Origin: the human T2T-CHM13v2.0 reference genome, Homo sapiens
DNA length: 64,000 nt
Strand: one strand, 5' to 3'
NCBI RefSeq assembly: GCF_009914755.1
Contig: NC_060933.1
Below are positions 14,880 to 30,729 of the stretch, piece by piece. A program made the translations under genes and the position numbers. Each line of letters begins with the position of its first letter. The stretch's first letter is position 1. The notes under the pieces are model-generated. The model had not been told where the DNA came from. It did not search any database and saw only the letters and a program-made list of their open reading frames with translations.

Positions 14880-17300
14880 AATCAACCCGAGTGGAATGGC
14901 ATGAAATGGAATGGAATGGAATGGAATGGAATGGAATGGAATGGAATGGAATGGAATCAACCCGATTGCAATGGAATGGAGTGGAATGGAATGGAATGGA
15001 ATGGAATGGAAAAAACCCGAATGGAATGGAATGTAATGGAGTGTAAGGGAATTGAATACAATCAATCCGAATGTAATGGAATGGAATGGAACGGAATGGA
15101 ATGGAATGGAATGCAGTGGAATGGAATCAAACCTAGTGCAATGGAATGGAATGGAATGGAATGGAATGGAATGGAATGGATTCAACCCAAATGGAATGGA
15201 AAGCAAAGGAATCAACCCGATTGGAATGGCATGGAATGGAATGGAATGGAATGGAATGGAATGGAATGGAATGGAATGGAATGGTACAGAATAGAATGGA
15301 ATGGAAAGAAATGGAATGGAATGGAATGGAATGGAACGGAATGGAATGGAATTATTCCGAGTTGAACAGAAGGGAATGTATTCAAGTGGAATGGAAAGGA
15401 ATGGAATCAACCAGAGTGGAATGGAAGGGAATGGAATGGAATGGAATCTAATAAAATGGAATCAACACGAGGGGAATGGAATGGAAAGGACTTGAATGGA
15501 ATGGAAAGGAATGGAATGGAATCAACTGGATTGCAATGGAAGGTAATGGAATGGAAGGGAATGAAATTAAAGCGAATAGAATGGAATAGAATGGAATGGA
15601 ACGGAATGGATTGGAATTTAATGGAAAGGAATCAACCTGAGTGCAGGGGAATGGAATGGAATGGAATGCAATGGAATGCAATGGAATGGAATGCAATGGA
15701 ATCAACTCGATTGCAATGGAATGGAATGGAATGGAATGGAAGGGAATGGAATGGAATGGAATTAACCTGAGCAGAATGGAATGGAATGGAATGGAATGAA
15801 TGGAATGGAATGGAATGGAATGGAATCAACCCGAGTGCAGGGGAATGGATTGGAATGGAATGCAATGGAATGGAATCATCCGGAATGGAATGGAATGGAA
15901 TGGAATGCAATGGAATGGAATGGAATCAATCAACCCGAGTGCAATAGAATGCAGTGGAATGCAATGGAATGGAATGGAATTAACCCGAATAGAATGGAAT
16001 GGAATGGAATGGAATGGAAAGGAATGGAATGGAATGGAAGGGAAGCGAATGGAATGGAATGGAATGAAACCGAGTGCAGGGGAATGGAATGGAATGGAAT
16101 GCAATGGAATGGAATCATCCGGTATGGAACGGAATGGAATGGAATGGAATCAACCCGTGTGCAATGAAATGGAAAGGAATGGAATGGAATGGAATGGATT
16201 CAACCCGAATGGAATGGAAAGGAATGGAATCAACCCGAGTGGAATGGCATGGAATGGAATGGAATGGAATGGAATGGAATGGAATGGAATGGAATGGAAT
16301 CAACCCGATTGCAATGGAATGGAGTGGAATGGAATGGAATGGAATGGAATGGAAAAAACCCGAATGGAATGGAATGTAATGGAGTGTAAGGGAATTGAAT
16401 ACAATCAATCCGAATGTAATGGAATGGAATGGAACGGAATGGAATGGAATGGAATGGAATGGAATGCAGTGGAATGGAATCAAACCTAGTGCAATGGAAT
16501 AGAATGGAATGGAATGGAATGGAATGGAATGGAATGGATTCAACCCAAATGGAATGGAAAGCAAAGGAATCAACCCGATTGGAATGGCATGGAATGGAAT
16601 GGAATGGAATGGAATGGAATGGAATGGAATGGTACGGAATAGAATGGAATGGAACGAAATGGAATGGAATGGAATGGAATGGAACGGAATGGAATGGAAT
16701 TATTCCGAGTTGAACAGAAGGGAATGTATTCAAGGGGAATGGAAAGGAATGGAATCAACCAGAGTGGAATGGAAGGGAATGGAATGGAATGGAATGTAAT
16801 AAAATGGAAACAACACGAGGGGAATGGAATGGAAAGGACTTGAATGGAATGGAATTGAATGAAATGAAATCAACTGGATTGTAATGGAAGGTAATGGAAT
16901 GGAAGGGAATGAAATTAAAGCGAATAGAATGGAATGGAATGGAATGGAACGGAATGGATTGGAATTTAATGGAATGGAATCAACCTGAGTGCAGGGGAAT
17001 GGAATGTAATGGAATGCAATGGAATGGAATGGAATGGAATGCAATGGAATCAACTCGATTGCAATGGAATGGAATGGAATGGAATAGAAGGGAATGGAAT
17101 GGAATGGAATTAACCTGAGAAGAATGGAATGGAATGGAATGGAAGGGAATGGAATGGAATGGAATGGAATGGAATGGAATGGAATCAACCCGAGTGCAGG
17201 GGAATGGATTGGAATGGAATGCAATGGAATGGAATCATCCGGAATGGAATGGAATGGAATGGAATGCAATGGAATGGAATGGAATCAATCAACCCGAGTG
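14880..17300 (+). repeat. ~1.35 kb tandem duplication
   Basis: Rare variants occur twice: TTATTCCGAGTTGAACAG (15352/16700) and CAACTGGATT (15523/16871), both at offset 1348. GGAAAAAACCCG, AAGCAAAGG, CAACACGAGGGG and AAATTAAAGCG are also doubled. Confidence 0.85.
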
Positions 17301-20300
17301 CAACAGAATGCAGTGGAATGGAATGGAATGGAATGGAAAGTACCCGAATGGAATGGAATGTAATGGAGTGTGAGGGAATTAAAAAGAATCAATCCGAATG
17401 TAATGGAATGGAATGGAACGGAATGGAATTGAATGGAATGGAATGGAATGAAATGGAATGGCATGAAATGTAATGGAATCAACCCGAGTGCAATGGAATG
17501 GAATGGAATGGAATGGAATGGAATGGAATGGAATGGAATGGATTCAACCCGAATGGAATGGAAAGGAATGGAAGAAACCCGAACGAAATGGCATGGAATG
17601 GAATGGAATGGAATGGAATGGTACGGAATAGAATGGAATGGAACGAAATGGAATGGAATGGAATGGAATGGATTGGAATGGAATGGAATCAACCCGAGTG
17701 CAGGGGAATGGAATGGAATGGAAGGCAATGGAATGGAATCATCCGGAATTGAATGGAATGGAATGGAGTGGAATGGAATCAACTCGATTGCAATGGAATG
17801 GAATGGAATGGAATGGAATGGAATCAACCCGAGTGCAAGGGAATTTAATGGAATGGAATGCAGTGGAATGGAATCATCCGGAATGGAATGGAATTGAATG
17901 GAATATAATGGAATGGAATGGAATGGAATGAACTCGATTTCAACGGAATGGAATGGAAAGGAATGCAATAGAATGGAATGGAATGGAATGAAATTAACCC
18001 GAATAGAATGGCATGGAATGGAATGGCATGGAATGGAATGGAATGGAATGGAATAGAATGGAATCCACCCGAGTGCAGGGGAATGGAATGGAATGGAATG
18101 CAATGGAATGGAATCATACGGAATGGAATGGAATGGAATGGAATGGAATGGAATGGAATGGTACGGAATAGAATGGAATGGAACGAAATGGAATGGAATG
18201 GAATGGAATGGAATGGAATGGAGCCAACCCGAGTGCAACGGAATGGAGTAGAATGGAAAGGAATGGAATGGAAACAACCCGAATGGAATGGAATGTAATG
18301 GAGTGTAAGGGAATTGAACAAAATCAATCCAAATGTAATGGAATGGAATGGAACGGAATGGAATGGAATGGAATGGAATGGAATGGAATGGAATGGAATG
18401 GAATGCAGTGGAATGGAATCAGACCTAGTGCAATGTAATGGAATGGAATTCAATCAACTCGATTGCAATGTAATGGAATGGAATGGAATGGAATGTGTTC
18501 AATAGGAATGGAATGGAAAGGAATGGAATAAACCCGAGTGGAATGGCATGGAATGGAATGGAATGGAATGGAATGGAATGGAATGGAATGGAATGGAATG
18601 GTACGGAATAGAATGGAATGGAACGAAATGGAATGGAATGGAATCGAATGGAATGGAATGGAACGGAATGGATTCAACTCGAATGGAATGGAAAGGAATG
18701 GAATCAACCCGAGTGGAATGGCATGGAATGGAATGGAATGGAATGGAATGGAAAGGAATGGAATGGAATGGTACGGAATAGAATGGAATTGAACAAAATG
18801 GAATGGAATGGAATGGAATGGAATGGAATGGAATGGAATGGAATGGAATCAACTCGATTTCAATGGAATGGAATGGAATGGAATGGAATGGAATGGAATC
18901 AACTCGATTTCAATGGAATGGAATGGAATGGAATGGAATGGAATGGAATGGATTCAACACGAATGGAATGGAAAGGAATCGAATCAACACGAGTGGAATG
19001 CCATGGAATGGAATGGTATGGAATGGAATGCAATGGTACGGAATTGAATGGAATGGAACGAAATGGAATGGAATGGAATGGAATGGAATGGAATCAACCC
19101 GAGTGCAATGGAATGGAGTGGAATGGAATGGAATGCTATGGAAACAACCCGAATGGAATGGAATGAAATGTAATGGAGTGTAAGGGAATTGAATACAATC
19201 AATCCGAATGTAATGGAATGGAATTGAATGGAATGGAATGGAATGGAATGGAATGGAATGCAGTGGAATGGAATCAAACCAAGTGCAATGGAATGGAATG
19301 GAATGGAATGGAATGGAATGGAATGGAATGGAATGGAATGGATTCAACCCAAATGGATTGGAAAGCAATGGAATCAACCCGAGTGGAATGGCATGGAATG
19401 GAATGGAATGGAATGGAATGGAATGGAATGGAATGGAATGAAATGGAATGGAACGGTACGGAATAGAATGGAATGGAACAAAATGGAATGAAATGGAATG
19501 GAATGGAACGGAATGGAATGGAACTATTCCGAGTGGAATAGAAGGGAATGTATTCGAGTGGAATGCAAAGGAATGGAATTAACTAGAGTGGAATCGAAGG
19601 GAATGGAATGGAATGCAACTAATAAAATGGAATCAACAAGAGTGTAATAGAATGAACAGGACTTGAATGGAATGGAATGGAATGGAATGGAATGGAATGG
19701 AATCAACTCGATTGCAATGTAATGGAATGGAATGGAATGGAATGGAATGGAATGGATTCAACCCGAATGGAATGGAAAGGAATGGAATAAACCCGAGTGG
19801 AATGGCATGGAATGGAATGGAATGGAATGGAATGGAATCAACTCGATTGCAATGGAAGGTAATGGAATGGAATGGAATGGAAATAACGCGAATAGAATGG
19901 AATGGAATGGAATGGAATCAACCTGTGTGTAGGGGAATGGAATGGAATGGAATGGAATGGAATGGAATGGAATGGAATGGAATGGAATGCAATGGAATCA
20001 ACTCGATTGCAATGGAATGGAATGGAATGGAATGGAAGGGAATGGAATGGAATGGAACGGAATGGAATGGAATGGAATCAACCCGAGTGCAGGGGAATGG
20101 AATGGAATGGAATGCAATGGAATGGAATCATCCGGAAAGGAATGGAATGGAATGGAATGCAATGGAATGGAATCAATCAACCCGAGTGCAATAGAATGCA
20201 GTGGAATGGAATGGAATGAGACGGAAAGTATCCGAATGCAATGGAATGTAATGGAGTGTAACGGAATTGAATAGAATAAATCCGAATGTAATGGAATGGA

Positions 20301-23300
20301 ATGGAACGGAATGGAATGGAAAGGAATGGAATGGAATGGAATGCAATGGAATGGGATAAACCCGAGTGCAATGGAATGGAATCGAAACGAATGGAATGGA
20401 ATGGAAAGTCTTCAAAAGGAATGGAATCAACACGAGTGGAATGGAGTGGAATGGAATGGAATGCAATGGAATGCAATGGAATGGAATCAACTCGATTGCA
20501 ATGAAATGGAATGGAATGGAATGCAATGGAATGGAATGGAATGGAATGGTACGCAATAGAATGGAATGGAACGAAATGGAATGGAATGGAATGGAACGGA
20601 ATGGAATGGAATCAACTCGATTGCAATGGAATGTAATGGAATGGAATGGAATGGAATTAACGCGAAAAGAATGGAATGGAATGGAAAGGAACGGAATGGA
20701 ATGGAATGGAATCAACCTGAGTGCAGGGGAATGGAATGGAATGGAATGCAATGGGATGGAATGGAATGGAATGCAATGGAATCAACTCGATTGCAATGGG
20801 ATGGAATGGAATGGAATGGAATGGAAGGGAATGGAATGGAATGGAATTAACCTGAACAGAATGGAATGGAATGGAATGGAACGGAATGGAAAGGAATGGA
20901 ATGGAATGGAATCAACCCGAGTGCAGGGGAATGGAATGGAATGGAATGCAATGGAATGGAATCATCCGTAATGGAATGGAATGGAATTGAATGCAATGGA
21001 TTGGAATCAATCAACCAGAGTGCAATAGGATGCAGTGGAATGGAATGGAATGGAATGGAAAGTACCCGAATGGAATGGAATGTAATGGAGTGTAAGGGAA
21101 TTAAAAAGAATCAATCCGTATGTAATGGAATGGAATACAACGGAATGGAATGGAATGGAATGGTATGGAATGGAATGGAATGGAATGAAATGGAATGGCA
21201 TGGAATAGAATGGAATCAACCCGAGTGCAATGGAATGGAATGGAATGGAATGGAATGGAATGGAATGGAATGGAATGGAATGGATTCAACCCGAATGGAA
21301 TGGAAAGGAATGGAATAAACCCGAGTGGAATGGCATGGAATGGAATGGAATGCAATGGAATGGAATGGAATGGAATGCAACGAAATGGAATGGAATGGAA
21401 TGAACCCGTGTGCAATGGAATGGAATGTAATGGAATGGAATGGAATGGAATGGGTTCAACTCGAATGTAATGGAAACGAATGGAATCTACCCGAGTGAAA
21501 TAGCATGGAATGGAATGGAATGGAATGAAACGGAATGGAATGGAATGAAATGGAATGGAATGGAATGGAATGGAATGAAATGGCATGGAATGGAATGGAA
21601 TGGAATCAACCCGAGTGCTATGTAATGGAATCAAATGGAATGGAATGGAATGGAATGGATTCAACCCGAATGGAATGGAAAGGAATGGAATAAATCCGAG
21701 TGGAATGGCATGGAATGGAGTGGAATGGAATGGAATGGAATGGAATGCTAAGGAATATAATGGAATGGAACGAAATGGAATGGAAGGGAATGTTATGGAA
21801 TTGAATGGAATGGAATGGAATGAACCCGTGTACAATGGAATGGAATGCAACGGAATGGAATGGAATGGAATGGATTGAACTCGAATGGAATTTAAAGGAA
21901 TGGAATCAACCCGAGTGGAATGGCATGGAATGGAATGGAATGGATTGGAATGGAATGGAATGGAATGGAATCAACCCGAGTGCAATGGAATGGAGTGGAA
22001 TGGAATGGAATGGAATGGAAACAACCCGAATGGAATGGAATGTAATGGACTGTAAGGGAATTGAATACAATCAATCCGAATATAATGGAATGGAAAGGAA
22101 CGGAATGGAATGGAATGGAATGGAATGGAATGGAATGGAATGCAGTGGAATGGAATCAAAGCTAGGGCAATGGAATGGAATGGAATGGAATGGAATGGAA
22201 TGGAATGGAATGGAATGGATTCAACCCAAATGGATTGGAAAGCAATGGAATCAACCCGAGTGGAATGGCATGGAATGGAATGGAATGGAATGGAATGGAA
22301 TGAAATGGAATGGAATGGTACGGAATAGAATGGAATGGAACAAAATGGAATGGAATGGAATGGAATGGAACGGAATGGAATGGAACTATTCCGAGTGGAA
22401 TAGAAGGGAATGGAATGGAATGGAACGGAATGGAATGGAACTATTCCGAGTGGAATAGAAGGGAATGGAATTAACTAGAGTGGAATGGAATGGAATGGAA
22501 TGGAATGGAATGGAATGGAATGGAATGAAATGGAATGGCATCGAATGTAATGGAATCAACCCGAGTGCAATGGAATGGAATGGAATGGAATGGAATGGAA
22601 TGGAATGGATTCAACCCGAATGGAATGGAAAGGAATGGAATAAACCCGAATGGAATGGCATGGAATGGAATGGAATGGAATGGAATGGTACGGAATAGAA
22701 TGGAATGGAACGAAATGGAATGCAATGGAATGGAATGGAATGGAATGGAATGGAATCAACCCGAGTACAGGGGAATGGAATGGAATGGAAGGCAATGGAA
22801 TGGAATCATCCGGAATTGAATGGAATGGAATGGAATGGAATCAACTCCATTGCAATGGAATGGAATGGAATGGAATGGAATGGAATGGAATGGAATTAAC
22901 CCGAATAGAATGGAATGGAATGGAATGGAACGGAATGGAATGGAATGGAATGGAATGGATTCAACCCGAGTGCAGGGGAATTTAATGGAATGGAATGCAG
23001 TGGAATGGAATCATCCGCAATAGAATGGAATGGAATGGAATGGAATGGAATGGAATATAATGGAATGGAATATAATGGAGTGGAATGGAATGGAATGAAC
23101 TCGATTTCAATGGAATGGAATGGAATGGAATGCCAAGGAATGGAATGGAATGGAATGAAATTAACGCGAATAGAATGGAATGGAATGGAATGGAATGGAA
23201 TGCAACGGAATGGAAAGGAAAGGAATAGAATGGAATCCACCCGAGTGCAGGGGAATGGAATGGAATGGAATGCAATGGAATGGAATCATACGGAATGGAA

Positions 23301-26300
23301 TGGAATAGAATGAAATGGAATGGAATGGAATGGTACGGAATAGAATGGAATGGAACGAAATGGAATGGAATGGAATGGAATGGAATGGAATGGAATGGAA
23401 TGGAATGGAATCAACCCGAATGCAATGGAATGGAGTGGAATGGAATGGAATGGAATGGAAACAACCCGTATGGAATGGAATGTAATGTAGTGTAAGGGAA
23501 TTGAATACAATCAATCCGAATGTAATGGAATGGAATGGAACGGAATGGAATGGAATGGAATGGAAAGGAATGCAGTGGAATGGAATCAGACCTAGTGCAA
23601 TGGAATGGAATGGAATGGAATGCAATCAACTCGATTGCAATCGAATGGAATGGAATGGAATGGAATGGAATTAATGCGAATAGAATGGAATGGAAGGGAA
23701 TGGAACGGAATGGAATGGAATGGAATGGAATGGAATGGAATCAACCTGAGTGCAGGGGAATGGAATGGAATGGTATGCAATGGTATGGAATGGAATGGAA
23801 TGCAATGGAATCAACTCGATTGCAATGGGATGGAATGGAATGGAATGGAATGGAATGGAATCGAAGGGAATGGAATTAACCTGAAGAGAATGGAATGCAA
23901 TGGAATGGAACGGAATGGAATGGAATGGAATGGAATGGAATCAACCCGAGTGCAGGGGAATGGAATGGAATGGAATGGAATGGAATGGAATGGAATGGAA
24001 TCAACTCGATTGCAATGAAATGGAATGGAATGGAATGGAATGGAATGAAATGGAATGGAATGGAATGGAATGGAATGGAATGGTACGGAATAGAATGGAA
24101 TGGAACGAAATGGAATGGAATGGAATGGAATGGAACGGAATGGAATGGAATCAACTCGATTGCAATGGAATGTAATGGAATGGAATGGAATGGAATTAAC
24201 GCGAATAGAATGGAATGGAATGGAATGGAACGGAATGGAATGGAATGGAATCCACCTGAGTGCAGGGGAATGGAATGGAATGGAATGCAATGGGATGGAA
24301 TGGAATGGAATGCAATGGAATCAACTCGATTGCAATGGGATGGAATGGAATGGAATGGAATGGAAGGGAATGGAATGGAATGGAATTAACCTGTACAGAA
24401 TGGAATGGAATGGAATGGAACGGAATGGAATGGAATGGAGTGGAATGGAATCAACCCGAGTGCAGGGGAATGGAATGGAATGGAATGCAATGGAATGGAA
24501 TCATCCGGAATGGAATGGAATGGAATTGAATGCAATGGATTGGAATCAATCAACCCGAGTGCAATAGAATGCAGTGGAATTGAATGGAATCGAATGGAAA
24601 CTACCCGAATGGAATGGAATGTAATGGAGTGTAAGGGAATTAAAAAGAATCAATCCGAATGTAATGGAATGGAATAGAACGGAATGGAATGGAATGGAAT
24701 GGAATGGAATGGAATGGAATGGCATGGAATGGAATGGAATCAACCCGAGTGCAATGGAATGGAATAGAATGGAATGGAATGGATTGGAATGGAATGGATT
24801 CAACCCGAATGGAATGGAAAGGAATGGAATAAATCCGAGTGGAATGGCATGGAATGGAAAGGAATGGAATGGAATGTTACGGAATAGAACGGAATACAAC
24901 GAAATGGAATGGAATGGAATGGAATGGAATGAACCAGTGTGCAATGGAATGGAATGGAATGGAATGGAATGGAATGGGTTCAACTCGAATGGAATGGAAA
25001 GGAATGGAATCTACCCGAGTGAAACAGCATGGAATGGAATGGAATGGAATGGAATGAAATGGAGTGGAACGGAATGGAATGGAATGGAATGGAATGGAAT
25101 GAAATGGAATGGAATGGAATGGAATCAACCCGAGTGCTATGTAATGGAATCAAATGGAATGGAATGGAATGGATTCAACCCGAATGGAATGGAAAGGAAT
25201 GGAATAAACCCGAGTGGAATGGCATGGAATGGAGTGGAATGGTATGGAATGGACTGGAATGCTACGGAATATAATGGAATGGAACGAAATGGAATGGAAT
25301 GGAGTGGTATGGAATTGAATGGAATGGAATGGAATGAACCCGTGTACAATGGAATGGAATGGAACGGAATGGAATGGAATAGAATGGATTCCACTCGAAT
25401 TGAATGGAAAGGACTTGAATGGAATGGAATGGAATGGAATCAACTCGATTGCAATGGAATGTAATGGAATGGAATGGAATGGAATTAACGCGAATAGAAT
25501 GGAATGGAATGGAATGGAATGGAATGGAATGAAATGGAATCAACCTGAGTGCAGGGGAATGGAATGGAATGGAATGCAATGGAATGGAAAAGAATGGAAT
25601 GCAATGGAATCAACTCGATTGTAATGGAATAGAATGGAGTGGAATGGAATGGAAGGTAATGGAATGGAACGGAATTAACCTGAACAGAATGGAATGGAAT
25701 GGAATGGAACGGAATGTAATGGAATGGAATAGAATGGAATCAACCCGAGTGCAAGGGAATGGAATTTAATGGAATGCAATGGAATGTAATCATCCGGAAT
25801 GGAATGGAATGGAATGGAATCCAATGGAATGGAATCAATCAACCCGAGTGCAATAGAATGCAGTGGAATTCAATGGAATGGAATGGAAAGTACCCGAATG
25901 GAATGGAATGTAATGGAGTGTAAGGGAATTAAAAAGAATGAATCAAAATGTAATGGAATGGAATGTAACGGAATGTAATGGAATGGAATGGAATGGAATG
26001 GAATGGAATGGAATGAAATGGAATGGCATGGAATGGAATGGAATCAACCCGAGTGCAATGGAATGGAATGGAATGGAATGGAATGGATTCAACCCGAATG
26101 CAATGGAAAGGAATGGAATAAACCTGAGTGGAATGACATGGAATGGAATGGAATGGAATGGAATGGAATGGAATGGTACAGAATAGAATGGAATGGAATG
26201 AAATGGAATGGAATGGAATGGAATGAACCCGTGTGCAATGGAATGGAATGGAATGGAATGGAATGGAATGGAAACAACCCGAATGGAATGGAATGTAATG

Positions 26301-29300
26301 GAGTGTAGGGGAATTGAATACAATCAATCCGAATGTAATGGAATGGAATGGAACGGAATGGAATGGAATGGAATGGAATGCAGTGGAATGGAATCAAACC
26401 TTGTGCAATGGAATGGAATGGAATGGAATGGAATCAACTCGATTACAATGGAATGTAATGGAATGGAATGGAATGGAATTGAATGGAATGGAATGGAATG
26501 GAATTAACCTGAACAGAATGGAATGGAATGGAACGGAATGGAATGGAATGGAATGGAATGCAATGGAATGGTACGGAATATAATGGAATGGAACGAAATG
26601 GAATGGAATGGAATGGAATGTAACGGAATGGAATGGAATCATTCCGAGTGGAATAGAAGGGAAAGTATTCGAGTGGAATGGAAAGGAATGGAATCAAACA
26701 GAGTGGAATGGAAGGGAATGGAATGGAATGGAAACTAATAAAATGGAATCAACACGAGTGGCATGGAATGGAAAGGACTTGAATGGAATGGAATGGAATG
26801 GAATGGAATGGAATGGAATTAACGCGAATAGAATGGAATGGAATGGAATGGAACGGAATAGAATGGAATGGAATGGAATGGAATGCAATGGAATGGGATC
26901 AACGCGAGTGCAATGGAATGGAATCGACAGGAATGGAATGGAATGGAATGGCTTCAACCCGAATGGAATGGAAATTAATGGAATCAACCCGAGTGGAATG
27001 GAATGGAATAGAATGGAATGGAATGGAATGGAATGAAATGGAATGGAATGGAATGGAATGGAATGGAATGGAATGGAATGGAATGGAATGCAATGGAATA
27101 GAATGGAATGGAATCAACTCGATTGCAATGAAATGGAATGGAATTAACCCGAATAGAATGGAATGGAATGGAATAGTATGGAATGGAATGGAATAGAAAG
27201 GAACGGAAAGGAATGGAATGGAATGGAATGGAATCAACCCGAGTGCAGGGAAATGGAATGGAATGTAAGGCAATGGAATGGAATCATCCGGAATGGAGTG
27301 GAATGGAATGGAATGGAATGGAGTCAACTCGATTGCAATGGAATGGAATGGAATGGAATGGAATGGAGTGGAATGGAATGGAATGGAATGGAATGGAATG
27401 GAATGGAATCAACACTAGTGCAATGTAATGGAATGGAATGGAATGGAATGGAATGGAATGGATTCAACCCGAATGGAATGGAAAGGAATGGAATAAACCC
27501 GAGTGGATTGGCATGGAATGGAGTGGAATGGAATGGAATGGAATGGAATGCAATTGAATGGAATGGAATGGAATGAACCCGTGTGCAATGGAATGAAATG
27601 GAATGGAATGGAATGGAATGGAAAGGAATGGATTCTACTCGAATGGAATGGAAAGGAATGCAATCAACCCGAGTGGAATGGCATGGACTGGAATGGAATG
27701 GAATGGAATGGAATGAAATGGAATAGAATGGAATACCGCCGAGTGCAGGGGAATGGAATGGAATGGAATGCAATGGAATGGAATCATACGGAATGGAATG
27801 GAATGGAATGGAATGGAATGGAATCAACCCGATTGCAATGGAATGGAGTGAAATGGAATGGAATGGAATGGAACCAACCCGAATGGAATGGAATGTAATG
27901 GAATGGTATCAACCCGAGTGCAATGGAATGGAATCAACAGGAATGGAATGGAATGGAATGGCTTCAACCCGAATGGAATGGAAATTAATGCAATCATCCC
28001 GAGTGGAATGGAATGGAATAGAATGGAATGGAATGGAATGGAATGGAATGGAATGAAATGGAATGGAATGGAATGCAATGGAATAGAATGGAATGGAATC
28101 AACTCGATTGTAATGAAATGGAATGGAATTAACCCGAATAGAATGGAATGGAATGGAATAGTATGGAATGGAATGGAATAGAAAGGAACAGAATGGAATG
28201 GAATGGAATGGAATGGAGTCAACTCGATTGCAATGGAATGGAATGGAATGGAATGGAATAGAATGGAATGGAATGGAATTAACCCGAGTGCAATGGAATG
28301 GAGTGGAATGGAATGGAATGGAGTCAACTCGATTGCAATGGAATGGAATGGAATGGTACGGAATAGAATGGAATGGAACGAAATGGAATGGAATGGAATG
28401 GAATGGAATGGAATCAACCCGAGTGCAATGGAATGGAGTGGAATGGAATGGAATGGAATGGAAACAACCTGAATGGAACGGAATGTAATGTAATGGAGTG
28501 TAAGGGAATTGAATACAATCAATCCGAATGGAATGGAATGGAATGGAATGGAATGGAATGGAATGCAGTGGAGTGGAATCAAACCAAGTCCAATGGACTG
28601 GAAGGGAATGGAATGGAATGGAATGGAATAGATTCAACCCAAATGGAATGGAAAGCAATGGAATCCACCCGAGTGGAATGGCATTGAATGGAATGGAATG
28701 GAATGGAATGGAATGGAATGGAATGGCATGGAATGGAATGAAATGGAATGGAATGGTACGGAGTAGAATGGAATGGAACAAAATGGAATGGAATGGAATG
28801 GAATGGAACGGAATGGAATGGAACCATTCCGAGTGGAATAGAAGGGAATGTATTCGAGTTGAATGGAAAGGAATGGAATTAAATAGAGTGGAATCGAAGG
28901 GAATGGAATGGAATGGAAACTAATAAAATGGAATCAACACGAGTGGAATGCAATGGAAAGGACTTGAATGGAATGGAATGGAATGGAATCAACTCGATTG
29001 CAATGTAAGGTAATGGAATGGAATGGAATGGAATTAACGCGAATAGAATGGAATGGAATGGAATGGAATCAACCTGAGTGCAGGGGAATGGAATGGAATG
29101 GAATGCAATGGAATGGAATGGAATGGAATGCAACGGAATCAAATCGATTGCAACCGAATGGAAAGGAATGGAATGGAATGGAAGGGAATGGAATGGAATG
29201 GAACGGAATGGAATGGAATGGAATCAACCCGAGTGCAGGGGAATGGAATGTAATGGAATGCAATGGAATGGAATCATCCGGAAAGGAATGGAATGAAATG

Positions 29301-30729
29301 GAATGCAACGGAATGGAATCAATCAACCCGAGTGCAATAGAATGCAGTGGAATGGAATGGAATGAAATGGAAAGTAACCGAATGGAATGGAATGTAATGG
29401 AGTGTAACGGAATTGAATAGAATAAATCCGAATGTAATGGAATGGAGTGGAACGGAATGGAATGGAATGGAATGGAAAGGAATGGAATGGAATGGAATGC
29501 AATGGAATGGGATCAACCCGAGTGCAATGGAATGGAATCGAAAGGAATGGAATGGAATGGAAAGTCTTCAACACGAATGGAATGGAAAGGAATGGAATCA
29601 ACACGAGTGGAATGGCATGGAATGGAATGGAATGGAATGGAATGGAATGGAATGGAATGGAATGGAATGGAATGGAATGCAATGGAATGGAATCAACTCG
29701 ATTGCAATGAAATGGAATGGAATTGAACGGAATGGAATGGAATGGAATGGTACGGAATAGAATGGAATGGAACGAAATGGAATGGAATGGAACGGAATGG
29801 AATGGAATCAACTCGATTGCAATGGAATGTAATGTAATGGAATGGAATGGAATTAACGCGAATAGAATGGAATGGAATGGAATGGAATGGAATGGAACGG
29901 AATGGAATGGAATGGAATCAACCTGAGTGCAGGGGAATGGAATGGAATGGAATGCAATGGGATGGAATGGAATGGAATGCAATGGAATCAACTCGATTGC
30001 AATGGGATGGAATGGAATGGAATGGAATGGAAGGGAATGGAATGGAATGGAATTAACCTGTACAGAATGCAATGGAATGGAATGGAACGGAATGGAATGG
30101 AATGGAATGGAATCAACCCGAGTGCAGGGGAATGGAATGGAATGGAATGCAATGGAATGGAATCATCCGGAATGGAATGGAATGGAATTGAATGCAATGG
30201 ATTGGAATCAATCAAACCGAGTGCAATAGAATGCAGTGGAATTGAATGGAATCGAATGGAAACTACCCGAATGGAATGGAATGTAATTGAGTGTAAGGGA
30301 ATTAAAAAGAATCAATCCGAACGTAATGGAATGGAATAGAACGGAATGGAATGAAATGGAATGGAATGGAATGGAATGGAATGAAATGGAATGGCATGGA
30401 ATGGAATGGAATCAACCCGAGTACAATGGAATGGAATGGAATGGAATGGAATGGATTGGAATGGAATGGATTCAACCCGAATGGAATGGAAAGGAATGGA
30501 ATAAACCCGAGTGAAATGGCATGGAATGGAAAGGAATGGAATGGAATGTTACGGAATAGAATGGAATACAACGAAATGGAATGGAATGGAATGGAATGGA
30601 ATGAACCAGTGTGCAATGGAATGGAATGGAATGGAATGGAATGGAATGGAATGGAATGGAATGGGTTCACCTCGAATGGAATGGAAAGGAATGGAATCTA
30701 CCTGAGTGAAACAGCATGGAATGGAATGG

